Shown here: piece after piece, positions 48,373-57,161 of the stretch | How the letters are laid out: each line of letters starts with the position of its first letter | How positions within the stretch are numbered: position 1 is the first letter of the stretch | NCBI GenBank assembly: GCA_045863235.1 | Contig: BTUM01000012.1 | Location: forward strand, 1 to 64,000 | Reading direction: 5' to 3' | Length of the DNA: 64,000 nucleotides | Source: Candidatus Xenobia bacterium | GTDB lineage: Bacteria; Vulcanimicrobiota; Xenobia; Xenobiales; QWHO01 | Made by a program: the position numbers and the translations under genes | The notes under the pieces: generated by a model | Told to the model about the DNA's origin: nothing | The model's database searches: none | The model's input: the letters and a program-made list of their open reading frames with translations, nothing else

Positions 48373-49494
48373 ATGGGCAGCGCCTACATCCCCGGCCTCA
48401 AGGTCAATCCTGCCACCGAGCTGGTGCTCGAGCGGCGCCTGCCGCTCAAGGGAGCGGTCATCGTCGAGGTGGGCCAGCAAGTGGCTCACAGTGACGTGGT
48501 GGCCCGCACCGAGCTGCCGGGCTCGGTCGAGATGGTCAACGTGGCCAACAAGCTGGGCCTGGAGCCCTCCGAGGTGCCCCAGGCCATGTTCGGCAAGGTG
48601 GGCGAAAGCGTGACCAAAGGCCAACCGATGGCCCAGAACCGGGGATTCTTCGGCTTTTTCAAGGGCAAGCTGGAAGCCCCCATCAGCGGCAAGATCGAGG
48701 ACATCTCCGAGATCACCGGCCAGGTGGTGCTGCGCCGACCGCCCGTGCCGGTGGAGAAGGTGGCCTACGTGGATGGTGTGGTGGACGAGATCCTGCCCGA
48801 GGAAGGGGTGCTGATCCGCACCTTCGGGGCTCACCTGCAGGGCATCTTCGGCATCGGGGGCGAGACCACCGGCGAGCTCGTCCTGCTGAGCCCGGCCCCC
48901 GACCAGCAGCTCCACGAGCGTGATCTGACCGAGGCCCACCGAGGCAAGGTGCTGGTGGGCGGCTCGCTGGTCAGCAACACCTTCCTGCAGGCCTGTCGGC
49001 GGCTGGGGGTGGCCGGGGTGATCGTGGCCGGCATTCACGACCGCGACCTGCGCGATTTTCTCGGCTACGACCTGGGAGTGGCCATCACCGGCTCAGAGCA
49101 GCTGGGCCTGACCCTGGTCATCACGGAAGGCTTCGGGCCCATCCGCATGGCCGACCGCACCTGGCGCCTGTTGAGCGAGAACCAGGGTCGCCGGGCCTCG
49201 CTGTCGGGAGCCACTCAGATCCGGGCGGGCGTGATCCGCCCCGAGGTCATCATTCCAGCCCCCCGGCCCGAGACCAGCCAGAGCGCCGAGGAGAGCAATC
49301 TGGGCCTGGATGTGGGCGCGGCCGTGCGGCTGATCCGCCAACCCCACTTTGGAGCTCTGGGCAAGGTGGTGGAGCTGCCGGTGGCCCTGACGGTCATCCC
49401 CACCGAGGCCCACGTGCGGGTGGCCGTGGTGCAGCTCGAGGACGGGGAGAAACTGACTGTGCCGCGCGCCAACCTGGAGCTGATCGAGAGCTGA
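48373..49494 (+). CDS. Conserved-looking hypothetical protein with barrel-sandwich/lipoyl-like repeats and a KOW-like tail
   Basis: 373-aa ORF; VEVGQQV and KVGESVTKGQP repeats; VGAAVRLIRQPHFGALGKV. Confidence 0.7.
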   Translation: MGSAYIPGLKVNPATELVLERRLPLKGAVIVEVGQQVAHSDVVARTELPGSVEMVNVANKLGLEPSEVPQAMFGKVGESVTKGQPMAQNRGFFGFFKGKLEAPISGKIEDISEITGQVVLRRPPVPVEKVAYVDGVVDEILPEEGVLIRTFGAHLQGIFGIGGETTGELVLLSPAPDQQLHERDLTEAHRGKVLVGGSLVSNTFLQACRRLGVAGVIVAGIHDRDLRDFLGYDLGVAITGSEQLGLTLVITEGFGPIRMADRTWRLLSENQGRRASLSGATQIRAGVIRPEVIIPAPRPETSQSAEESNLGLDVGAAVRLIRQPHFGALGKVVELPVALTVIPTEAHVRVAVVQLEDGEKLTVPRANLELIES

Positions 49495-49600
49495 CCAGAC
49501 GCCAAAAGAGGATCTCCGGGGGATGTTCGAAGAATAGTTCGATTGAAGTCCCTTAAAGCTCCGTGGCCCAACGCCGCGAAACACGAAGGTTGGAGAGCGC

Positions 49601-50500
49601 ATGAAGAAATTGGGCGTGGCCCTGGCGGCCTTTCTTGTTTTCTCGGGCTCGGTGGCAAGAGCCGAAGAGGGCAGTTTTTCCGACACCGTGGCCCAGGTCG
49701 TGCCCGGCCCCATCCTTCCCGGCATCAGCCATCCCCCGCTGGTTCCCCCGCCCATCGACCTGGAAGTGCCCCCCATCGTGGACCCGGAGGTGCCGGCCAT
49801 CGAGCTGGTCCCGGCCGAGATCGAGCCCGTGCCCCCCGTCTTCGTGCCCATGGCGAGCGACTGGGGCTATGTCAACGAGAATGCCTACAACGCTTTGATC
49901 GAGCGCTCGGTTCAGACGGAGTGGACAGATACCGCAAATCCCCTCCCCCCTCGCCTCTTCAAGGCCCTGATCGCGGTCGAAAGCGCCTTCAAGCCCCGGG
50001 CCCGCAGCTGGGCGGGAGCGGTAGGTCTCACCCAGTTGATGCCGGAAGCCGCCCAGCGCCTGGGACTGAGCCTTTCCGATCGCCTGGTTCCCGAACTGGC
50101 CGTTCCGGCTGGCGTGAAAGTCCTGCAAGAAAAGCACCAGGTCGTGATGGACCCGCTCAATTACTGGTCCTACCTCGGCCAACCCGACCGCTGCGAAGCC
50201 TGGAACCTCAAGGTGGATGAGGCTTACAAGCTCCATGGGATGCCCCAGGGCGACGACCGCCTCTTCTTGATGCTGGCCGCTTACAACGGGGGCGGGTCCA
50301 CCGTGCTGCGGGCCATGGCCAAAGCCCACGACCGCCAGCTCGACCCGCGCAAGTGGTCGAGCCTGGTGGGTCCCACCAACCGACCCCGCAACTCGCCTCT
50401 CTACGGGGCCTGCGTGGAGGTCTACGGCCGGGGTGCCTGGGGCAAGTACCAGGAGATCTCCCGCTACCCGGTCAAGATCTTCGCCCTCTACCAGCGCTGA
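49601..50500 (+). CDS. Lytic transglycosylase (SLT domain) with Sec signal and Pro-rich linker
   Basis: MKKLGVALAAFLVFSGSVARA; AVESAF, GAVGLTQLMP, AAYNGG. Confidence 0.9.
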   Translation: MKKLGVALAAFLVFSGSVARAEEGSFSDTVAQVVPGPILPGISHPPLVPPPIDLEVPPIVDPEVPAIELVPAEIEPVPPVFVPMASDWGYVNENAYNALIERSVQTEWTDTANPLPPRLFKALIAVESAFKPRARSWAGAVGLTQLMPEAAQRLGLSLSDRLVPELAVPAGVKVLQEKHQVVMDPLNYWSYLGQPDRCEAWNLKVDEAYKLHGMPQGDDRLFLMLAAYNGGGSTVLRAMAKAHDRQLDPRKWSSLVGPTNRPRNSPLYGACVEVYGRGAWGKYQEISRYPVKIFALYQR

Positions 50501-51003
50501 GTCTCGAACCCTACTATCGGGGGGAAGCTGCGCCTCTGCACCCGCGCCATCCGGTGCACGTGGTGCTCGACAACGTGCGCAGCGCCTTCAACGTCGGCTC
50601 GATCTTCCGCACGGCTGACGCGGGGGCGGTGGAGCACATCTACCTGTGCGGCCAGCTGACCTGTTGGCCGCCCCACAAGAAGCTGGAGAAGACCTCTCTG
50701 GGAGCCCACGCCTACGTGCCCTGGTCGCGCCACGCCAACACCCTCGAGGCCCTGAAGCAGCTCAGAGCGCGGGGGATCCCCATCGTTGCCCTGGAGACCA
50801 CCGAGCAGGCCGCCAGCATGCACGAGTTCGTCTGGCCTCGGCCGGTGGCGCTGGTCTTTGGCCACGAGGTGGTGGGTCTGGAACGGGAGGTCTTGCTGGC
50901 CTGCGACCACCAGGTGCGCATTCCCACCTTCGGCAGCAAGAACTCACTCAACGTGGCCACCGCCTTCGGGATCGTGCTCTACGACGTTCTGTCCAGAAGG
51001 TAA
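50497..51003 (+). CDS. TrmH/SpoU family RNA methyltransferase
   Basis: VLDNVRSAFNVGSIFRTAD, VFGHEVVG, SLNVATAFGI; start uncertain (CTG 50497 or GTG 50554). Confidence 0.88.
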   Translation: MSLEPYYRGEAAPLHPRHPVHVVLDNVRSAFNVGSIFRTADAGAVEHIYLCGQLTCWPPHKKLEKTSLGAHAYVPWSRHANTLEALKQLRARGIPIVALETTEQAASMHEFVWPRPVALVFGHEVVGLEREVLLACDHQVRIPTFGSKNSLNVATAFGIVLYDVLSRR

Positions 51004-51054
51004 CAATTCGTTTACAGCTCGTGCTTGAATCCGGTTCGGCCTGAGCTTAGCTTG

Positions 51055-51329
51055 GGAGCGTATCGTCATGGTACCGCCCACTTCGAGGGCGAGCAATATC
51101 GATGGTCCTCCCGGAAGGGTCCATACTCCGGGTCGACGCTGTCGGGTCGACCTCCGACAGGGGTAGCGCGCAGACCTCAGCACGTCGCATGGCCCCGGTT
51201 GCGAGATACCGAGGTGAGGCCCGGCGCAGGGTGGAAGCCTTTTGGGGCAACCAGCCAAGGCGGAACCGGGAGACCCGGTTGTGGGGTGGAGGCCGGGCAT
51301 AAAGCCGTCCTTGCAAAAGGACGGCTTTT
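51055..51329 (+). ncRNA. Candidate structured RNA / leader of unknown class
   Basis: Promoter-like TTGAAT-N17-TAGCTT at 51025..51053, several perfect hairpins, strong terminator; no family recognised. Confidence 0.5.
51301..51329 (+). terminator. Intrinsic terminator / attenuator before the ECF S-component
   Basis: AAAGCCGTCCTT-GCAA-AAGGACGGCTTTT. Confidence 0.8.
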
Positions 51330-51374
51330 GTGTCCGGCAGGACTCCAGGATGCCCCACAGAAGCTGAGGGCGCT

Positions 51375-51998
51375 TTGTCGGAACAAACAGGATTGGCGAA
51401 ATTGCTGAAGATCGGGCTCTTGTCGAGCCTGGCCACGGCCTTGATGATGACCGTGGAGATCCCTTATCCCGGCGCGCCCTACCTCAAGTACGACCCTTCC
51501 GAAGTACCCGTGCTCATCGGAGGCTTCGCCTTCGGGCCGCTGGCGGGGCTGGCCATCCTGGTGGTCAAGAACCTCTTGTTCATGCTGTTTCGTTTCGAGC
51601 CCACCCAGCTGGTGGGCATCCCCTTGAACACCCTGGCCGGAGCCGCCCTGGTGCTGACCAGCTCGAGCTTCTACCAGCTCAAGAAGACTCGCTCTCGGGC
51701 GCTGGTGGCCCTGGTGCTGGGAGGGGTGAGCATGACCTGCGTCATGATACCGGCCAACCTGTACGTGCTGCCCTGGTTCACGCGCTGGATGACCGGCGAG
51801 GCCATGAGCACGGCGGGGATGCTGCCCTTCATCCTCACGGTGATCACCCCGTTCAACCTGCTCAAAGCCGGATTGACCTCGACCCTGACCTTCCTGGTCT
51901 ACAAGCGCGTCTCGATCTTCCTCAAAGAAGAAAGGCGCCAGGTTCAAGAAGAAAGACGCCCGGGGCTGGGAACCTCCCGGGCGCGGATACCTGGCTAA
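51375..51998 (+). CDS. ECF transporter S component (RibU-like)
   Basis: YLKYDPSEVPVLIGGFAFGPLAG, NLYVLPWF, PFNLLK, YKRVS; TTG start behind GAGGG. Confidence 0.85.
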   Translation: MSEQTGLAKLLKIGLLSSLATALMMTVEIPYPGAPYLKYDPSEVPVLIGGFAFGPLAGLAILVVKNLLFMLFRFEPTQLVGIPLNTLAGAALVLTSSSFYQLKKTRSRALVALVLGGVSMTCVMIPANLYVLPWFTRWMTGEAMSTAGMLPFILTVITPFNLLKAGLTSTLTFLVYKRVSIFLKEERRQVQEERRPGLGTSRARIPG

Positions 51999-52010
51999 TT
52001 TCGTCTCGCT

Positions 52011-52295
52011 TCAGCGCAGACTCGGAAGCTCGTTGGGCCCCCACTCGCGCACACCCGCCATCCCGCGTCCCCGCGACCGGGGGCGCCTGAGGTGCACCTC
52101 GAGCTCGTGCACCTTGGTGGCGAAGAACAAGACCACAACCGAGCAGGCCAGGCCGAGACACGATGAGGTTAGCAACCGGATCTGCCAGTTCGGGTCAGCG
52201 TCATTGGTGTAGAGAAAGTAACCCACAGCCACGCCTGATACGGCGGCGGCGATAGTCAACAAGCGGCGAAACATTCCAAGCAGAAGGAGCAACAC
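52011..52295 (-). CDS. Small two-TM membrane protein
   Basis: Two hydrophobic segments and basic tail; start uncertain. Confidence 0.5.
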   Translation of the reverse strand: MLLLLLGMFRRLLTIAAAVSGVAVGYFLYTNDADPNWQIRLLTSSCLGLACSVVVLFFATKVHELEVHLRRPRSRGRGMAGVREWGPNELPSLR

Positions 52296-52391
52296 GCAGG
52301 TCCATCCCCCAGCCTCGTCAAGGTTTTTGGCAACGAGGACTGTTATGGTTCTAGTTTAGCGCCAGGACCCGCCGGATGTCTGTGAACCGGC

Positions 52392-53123
52392 TCACACCGG
52401 GGCCGGCTCACGCCCCTTCTTGATGTCGTCTTGCTGCATCTGGGCCCGAGCGGCCGACTCCTTGCCGGCCGCCTCCGCCTCCACGGCCCGGTCCTGCTGG
52501 GAGGGCGTGGCCGGAGCCAGGGCTGCCTTGCGAATCTTGGCCATCTTGTCGGCCGTCTTCTTGGGATCGCCCGCCTCTCCCATGTCCACCTCGACCTTGC
52601 CGCCGGTCACAAAAGTCTTGCCGTTCGAGGCGGTGTAAGTCTCGAAGACCGGACCACCCCGGGCATGCTCGCCCGCCTCGTTGAGGTGCTCCTGCTCGTG
52701 GGCGCGCACTTCCTGGTCGCGCTCCTCGAGCACTTTGAGGGGATTGGTGCCGGAGCCGCCATTGGTGGAGATGCACCCGCAACCCTTGGCGCAGACGTGC
52801 CGGGCCATCTCCTCGTCCTGGGCGCTGGCTTTGGGCATTCCGCTGGGATCCAGACCATTGGCATTGCCGTTGGCCTCATTCGGGTTGGCGGGGTTGCCGG
52901 TCTTGTCATTGGCACCGTTCGCGTTGCCGTTCTTGTCGGCCGGGGCGCCAAAGTTGGGAATGCTGCCGGTCGGCTTCTCGGTCTCGGCCTGACTCACCGT
53001 GACCCGATCTTCGATGGGCGAGGGCGGCCGGGGGGCCGGGCCATCGTCGACCTCGACGCCCGCTTGACGCCTGAGACCGAGGGGCGCTCCAGGATTGAAG
53101 CCGATAGGGTCCATGCCAGCCAT
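52392..53123 (-). CDS. SprA-related putative metalloprotease
   Basis: RDQEVRAHEQEH, GGKVEVD, AALAPATPSQQDRAV; low-complexity N-terminal half with NGNANG repeats. Confidence 0.8.
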   Translation of the reverse strand: MAGMDPIGFNPGAPLGLRRQAGVEVDDGPAPRPPSPIEDRVTVSQAETEKPTGSIPNFGAPADKNGNANGANDKTGNPANPNEANGNANGLDPSGMPKASAQDEEMARHVCAKGCGCISTNGGSGTNPLKVLEERDQEVRAHEQEHLNEAGEHARGGPVFETYTASNGKTFVTGGKVEVDMGEAGDPKKTADKMAKIRKAALAPATPSQQDRAVEAEAAGKESAARAQMQQDDIKKGREPAPV

Positions 53124-53245
53124 GAGAAGAACCTTCCGTCCCTTTTTTCTTATCTGCATTTTACGTCAAGCATGTTGCCGACGTATGAACCTTTCCGACC
53201 AGTTTTGCGCAGGTTCGCGGAGCCCCCGGGCAGAACCCGAAGCAC

Positions 53246-53617
53246 ATGGTGCCCCGCATCCTGGTCTTGCTGGCTCTCCTGGTGGGTATCGTGCAGGCCG
53301 GCGACTTCGATCCGCCCACCCCTCGCATCACTTTGCTCAAGCCGGCTCGTGAGCTCGAGCTCGCCCCCGGCGGCCAGGCTCGCGTGCAGATGATGGGCTC
53401 GAACCTGGAGCTGTTTCGCTACGGGCAGGTCATGCGCGAGAAGCAGAACCAGCGCGCCTTCAAGGTTCACCTGGAGGAGCCGTCCTCGGCCGGCGCCATG
53501 CGCTCGCTCACGGTGGAGGCGGGCCCGGATGCCGCTCCCGGGGCCTACGAGCTGCGCCTGTTCACCCCCCTGACCTCGGTCGCTCTCCCCCTGGAGCTGA
53601 CCGTGGTGGGGCCCTGA
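53246..53617 (+). CDS. Hypothetical secreted beta-rich protein
   Basis: Signal peptide MVPRILVLLALLVGIVQA. Confidence 0.65.
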   Translation: MVPRILVLLALLVGIVQAGDFDPPTPRITLLKPARELELAPGGQARVQMMGSNLELFRYGQVMREKQNQRAFKVHLEEPSSAGAMRSLTVEAGPDAAPGAYELRLFTPLTSVALPLELTVVGP

Positions 53618-53967
53618 TGGAGCTCTGGCTGCTGGGCGTTCTGGCCACGGCCTGGGCGGTCGAGGCTCTGATGCTGTGGTGGCGAGCCTGGCCCCGCCCG
53701 GCCCTGATCTCCCTGATCCTGACCGGCTTCAAGGCCCTGCTGCTGCTGATCGTGCTGCCCGGGGTTACGGGCGCGGGCGACAGCGTGCTGAGCACCGCCC
53801 TGTGGATCCTCATGCTCAGTGTGCTGGTGGACGGGCTGGGCCTGAGCTTGAGCCGTCCTCGCCGCTCGGCCAGCGAGGTGCTGCGAGCCTGCCTGGCCAT
53901 CGATCTGGCCTATGCCCTGGTGCTGGTACTGATGGCCGGCGGCCTGATGCTGGGGGTGGGGGCCTGA
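53617..53967 (+). CDS. Hypothetical membrane protein (about 4 TM)
   Basis: TGATG coupling to the upstream gene; hydrophobic. Confidence 0.65.
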   Translation: MELWLLGVLATAWAVEALMLWWRAWPRPALISLILTGFKALLLLIVLPGVTGAGDSVLSTALWILMLSVLVDGLGLSLSRPRRSASEVLRACLAIDLAYALVLVLMAGGLMLGVGA

Positions 53968-53969
53968 CC

Positions 53970-54464
53970 ATGCTGGGCCGACTGAACCCCTTTGCCGGCG
54001 GGCAGGACCCGCCCGACCGCCAGAACGAGGCGCAGGCCCTGCGCCTGGAGCTGGAAGAGGCCCAGCGCCAGTTGGAGGCCGCACGCCGCGAGCTGGAAAC
54101 GTTGCGCTTCACGGCCAGCCGCAGCCAGCAAGAGCTGGCCGAGGAGCGGCTCGAGCAGCTCTTCGGCGAGCTGGCCACCCCGGTGGCCCAGTTCAGCGTG
54201 CAACGCGCCCTCAGCCGGCAGGAGGTGGAGCTCAAGCCGCGCGATCTCCTGGCCGTGACCGCCCGGCTGGTGCAGGCCCTGGAGACGGCCGGACTCAAGC
54301 TGGAAGGCGAGCCGGGCGACGAGCTCGAGTACAGCCCCGATCATCACCAGCCGCTCAGCCTGGAGGAGACCCTCAAGCCGGGCCAGCCGGTGCGCCTTCG
54401 CTTCCCGGGCGTCTCGTATCGAGGCCGCTGGCTCAAGAAGGCCATGGTGGAGAAGCGCTCGTGA
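53970..54464 (+). CDS. GrpE-like protein
   Basis: Coiled coil then GEPGDELEYSPDHHQ...PGVSYRGRWLKKAMV; coupled to the Hsp70 gene. Confidence 0.7.
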   Translation: MLGRLNPFAGGQDPPDRQNEAQALRLELEEAQRQLEAARRELETLRFTASRSQQELAEERLEQLFGELATPVAQFSVQRALSRQEVELKPRDLLAVTARLVQALETAGLKLEGEPGDELEYSPDHHQPLSLEETLKPGQPVRLRFPGVSYRGRWLKKAMVEKRS

Positions 54465-56047
54465 GCGGTCGGCTGGCGCTCGACTTCGGCACCTCCAACA
54501 CGGTGCTGGCCCGCTGGGACGACGTTTCGCGCAGCGCGTCCACGGTGCTGGTGCCCGACTATGGAGGCCCGCTCGGCCCCGACCTGCCCCCCGTGGTGCC
54601 CTCTCTGATCCACTACGAGCCCGAGCAGCGGCGCTGGCTGGGCCGCCAGGTGCTGCAGCAAAACCTCTACAGCTCGCCCCGCACCTTCCGCTGGATGAAG
54701 CGTTACATCGCCAACCGCTCTCCCCTCAAGCTCAAGCTGGAGGACCGCGAGGTGTCGCCGGCCGAGGCCGGACGCGACTTCCTCAGCACCCTGCTGGCCA
54801 TGGCCGTGGCCGAGCTGGGCTCGCCCGAGGAGGAAGTCGCCTTCACCCTGCCGGTGGAGTGTTTCGAGCACTACGAGGAGTGGCTGGGGAGCGTGGCCGA
54901 AACTGCCGGCATCCATCGCTTTCGCTTCATCGACGAGCCCTCGGCCGCGGCCCTGGGCTACGGCTCTCACATTCAGGCCGGAGACGTCTACCTCATCTTC
55001 GACCTGGGCGGAGGCACCCTGGACGTGTCCGCCGTCAAGGTGGAGGACCAGGATCAGGGCGGTTGGCGCCGCTGCCGCGTGCTGGGGAAGGCCGGCGCAG
55101 ACCTGGGCGGAGCCACCTTCGACCAGTGGCTGTTCGAAGAGGTACTGCGCCAGAACCAGCTCAAGGACTACGACGAAGAAGTGCGCCGGCTCAGCCGGGC
55201 CCTCCTGGTGGAATGCGAGCGGGCCAAGGAGCGGCTCTCCTTCCACCCCGAGGCCGAGATCTCGCTGATGAATCCCGACACCGGGGGAATGGTCTCGGCC
55301 CGCTTCACTCAGGCCGACTTCGAGCGCCTGCTCGATGAGAAGGAGGCTTTCCGCATCATCGACCAGACCCTGCGCCGGGCTCTTCGCGGAGCCCACGAGC
55401 GCGGCTTTGACGAGGAGAGCATCAAGAGCGTGCTGCTGGTGGGGGGCAGCACCCTGATTCCAGCCGTGCAGCGCACCCTGCACCGCATCTTCGGGCGCGA
55501 GAAGGTTTTGCTCGACCGACCTATCGACGCCGTGGCCCGGGGCGCAGCCGCCTTCGTCTCGGGCACCGACTTTTATGACCACATCCAGCACGACTATGGC
55601 ATCCGCCACGTCAACGCCTCGGGCACCTACGACTATCGCGTCATCGTGCCCCGGGGCACGGCCTACCCGACCTCCGAGCCCGTGGCCCGCCTGGTCATCA
55701 AGGGCTTCTACGACGGCCAGACCCACCTGGGGCTGGCCCTTTTCGAGCTGGGCGAGTCGCGCAAGCGCACGACCGCCGCGGGAGGGCCCATCGAGCTGGT
55801 CTTCGACGGCACCGGCGCGGCCCGGTTGCGGCCGGTCTCGGCCGACGACGAGGAGCGCCGATCGATGTTCTGGATGAACGAGAACCAGCCCACCTTCCTG
55901 GAGGCCAACCCCCCCGCCAAGAAAGGGGAGCCACGCTTCGAGGCGCTCTTTTCGGTGGATGGTAACAAGCGCTTGCTCCTGACCGCCCGGGACCTGGTGA
56001 CCGGGAAGCTGGTCTATCGCGATTATCCGGTCGTCAAGTTGAGCTGA
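54461..56047 (+). CDS. Atypical Hsp70-family protein
   Basis: LDFGTSNT, DEPSAAALGYG, FDLGGGTLD, ERAKERLS, LVGGSTLIP; short divergent C-terminus without a DnaK lid. Confidence 0.88.
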   Translation: MSGRLALDFGTSNTVLARWDDVSRSASTVLVPDYGGPLGPDLPPVVPSLIHYEPEQRRWLGRQVLQQNLYSSPRTFRWMKRYIANRSPLKLKLEDREVSPAEAGRDFLSTLLAMAVAELGSPEEEVAFTLPVECFEHYEEWLGSVAETAGIHRFRFIDEPSAAALGYGSHIQAGDVYLIFDLGGGTLDVSAVKVEDQDQGGWRRCRVLGKAGADLGGATFDQWLFEEVLRQNQLKDYDEEVRRLSRALLVECERAKERLSFHPEAEISLMNPDTGGMVSARFTQADFERLLDEKEAFRIIDQTLRRALRGAHERGFDEESIKSVLLVGGSTLIPAVQRTLHRIFGREKVLLDRPIDAVARGAAAFVSGTDFYDHIQHDYGIRHVNASGTYDYRVIVPRGTAYPTSEPVARLVIKGFYDGQTHLGLALFELGESRKRTTAAGGPIELVFDGTGAARLRPVSADDEERRSMFWMNENQPTFLEANPPAKKGEPRFEALFSVDGNKRLLLTARDLVTGKLVYRDYPVVKLS

Positions 56048-56189
56048 GCGCGGTGCGGCTCGAACAAGTTTCTTCGCCATAAGGATCAGAAAGTTAACAG
56101 GATTTGCAAAACGGCAACATCGTGGCGACCAAATCGAGCCCCTCCGGCTGGTATTCTTTGACCAGAAGAGAGCGAAAGGACGCCCATGC

Positions 56190-56297
56190 ATGAACGAGAA
56201 GCTTCTGGCACGCGGTCTTGAGAGCGGACACCTGCAGAGTTTTCCCAACCTGGTGTTGGAGCGCCTGGCCTACCTGATCGGCCAACTGGAGAGCTAG
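56190..56297 (+). CDS. Small protein (35 aa), not in ORF track
   Basis: MNEKLLARGLESGHLQSFPNLVLERLAYLIGQLES; SD GAAAGGA, upstream TGGTATTCT extended -10, terminator follows. Confidence 0.5.
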   Translation: MNEKLLARGLESGHLQSFPNLVLERLAYLIGQLES

Positions 56298-56312
56298 AAT
56301 TCCTCGCTGCTG

Positions 56313-56342
56313 AAAGAGCCCGGCCTGAGGCCGGGCCTTTTT
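56313..56342. terminator. Intrinsic terminator between convergent genes
   Basis: GCCCGGCC-TGA-GGCCGGGC flanked by AAAG and CTTTTT. Confidence 0.75.
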
Positions 56343-57091
56343 CATTTCTGCGAGGAGCGGATCATGGCCATCAGGTACTTGCCCAGCAGCCGTATCTGCT
56401 CGGCCGACGGATCGGTGAAGCGCAGGCTGCTGACCCAGACGTCGCCGCTCTGGTGCTCGCAGCGCAGGCAGGAAGCGGCCAGCATGAGCGAGTTGAGATT
56501 GAAGGCCGGGCCCAGGCTGACGCGATAGGTCTGGCCCTGCTTGAGGCGAGAGTCGGTCTGCAAGAGCACTCCGCCGACCCCCACGTTGAGGGCACGCGCG
56601 CCCCCCACGAACTCTTCGCCCGGGATGGCGATCGAGGCGGGCAGGTCGCCCGGCACCCGAATGGCGCTTCGTTTCTGAGCCAGCATGCGCTCTTCGAATC
56701 CGAGCTCGCGCAGCACCGCCTTCACCCAGGAGCCACGCAGGTTGGCGGGGGTATCCTCGTAGCGCACTCCCACCGTGGTGTGAGGAGAGTTGCTCCCTTT
56801 GCGGGTCCAGATCACCCGACAACGCACGCGGTGATTCTTGACCCCGGCCACCTTGTGGGGATACTCGACGTGCACCTCGGCCTTCTTGTCGATCGGGTGG
56901 CGAGTGCGAAACCGCAAACCGTCCACGCCCATCTCGACCACCACCGCGTCGTGGGGTTTACGACCTGGTTGCAGCAGCTGCACTGGAATATAGCAGCGCA
57001 GGCGGACGAGCCGCCGGCGCTCTTCGTCCGGCAGGCCCGCGCGGCCCGGCAAGAGGCCCTGGATGGTTTCCAGCAATTGGCGAAGATTCAT
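56342..57091 (-). CDS. Tandem PilZ-domain protein
   Basis: RRLVR...EMGVDG and RSAIR...NVGVGG, each followed by beta strands ending in VGVRY / SLRF. Confidence 0.8.
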   Translation of the reverse strand: MNLRQLLETIQGLLPGRAGLPDEERRRLVRLRCYIPVQLLQPGRKPHDAVVVEMGVDGLRFRTRHPIDKKAEVHVEYPHKVAGVKNHRVRCRVIWTRKGSNSPHTTVGVRYEDTPANLRGSWVKAVLRELGFEERMLAQKRSAIRVPGDLPASIAIPGEEFVGGARALNVGVGGVLLQTDSRLKQGQTYRVSLGPAFNLNSLMLAASCLRCEHQSGDVWVSSLRFTDPSAEQIRLLGKYLMAMIRSSQK

Positions 57092-57161
57092 TGGCAGGGC
57101 AGTTCGGGTCGCTCCGTCGGGGCACCTCTCCAGCAGCGGGGTCCAGTCTCAGTGAGCCCGT

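Noticed and set aside
49525..49542. GTTCGA direct repeat as a LexA box
   Set aside because: Spacing fits neither GAAC-N4-GTTC nor GTTC-N7-GTTC, and the downstream gene is not an SOS gene
51225..51270. T-box or FMN riboswitch before the S component
   Set aside because: AGGGTGGAAGCC and GGCGGAACC lack the UGGNACC bulge; FMN blocks such as AGTCTGGATGGGAGAAG are missing
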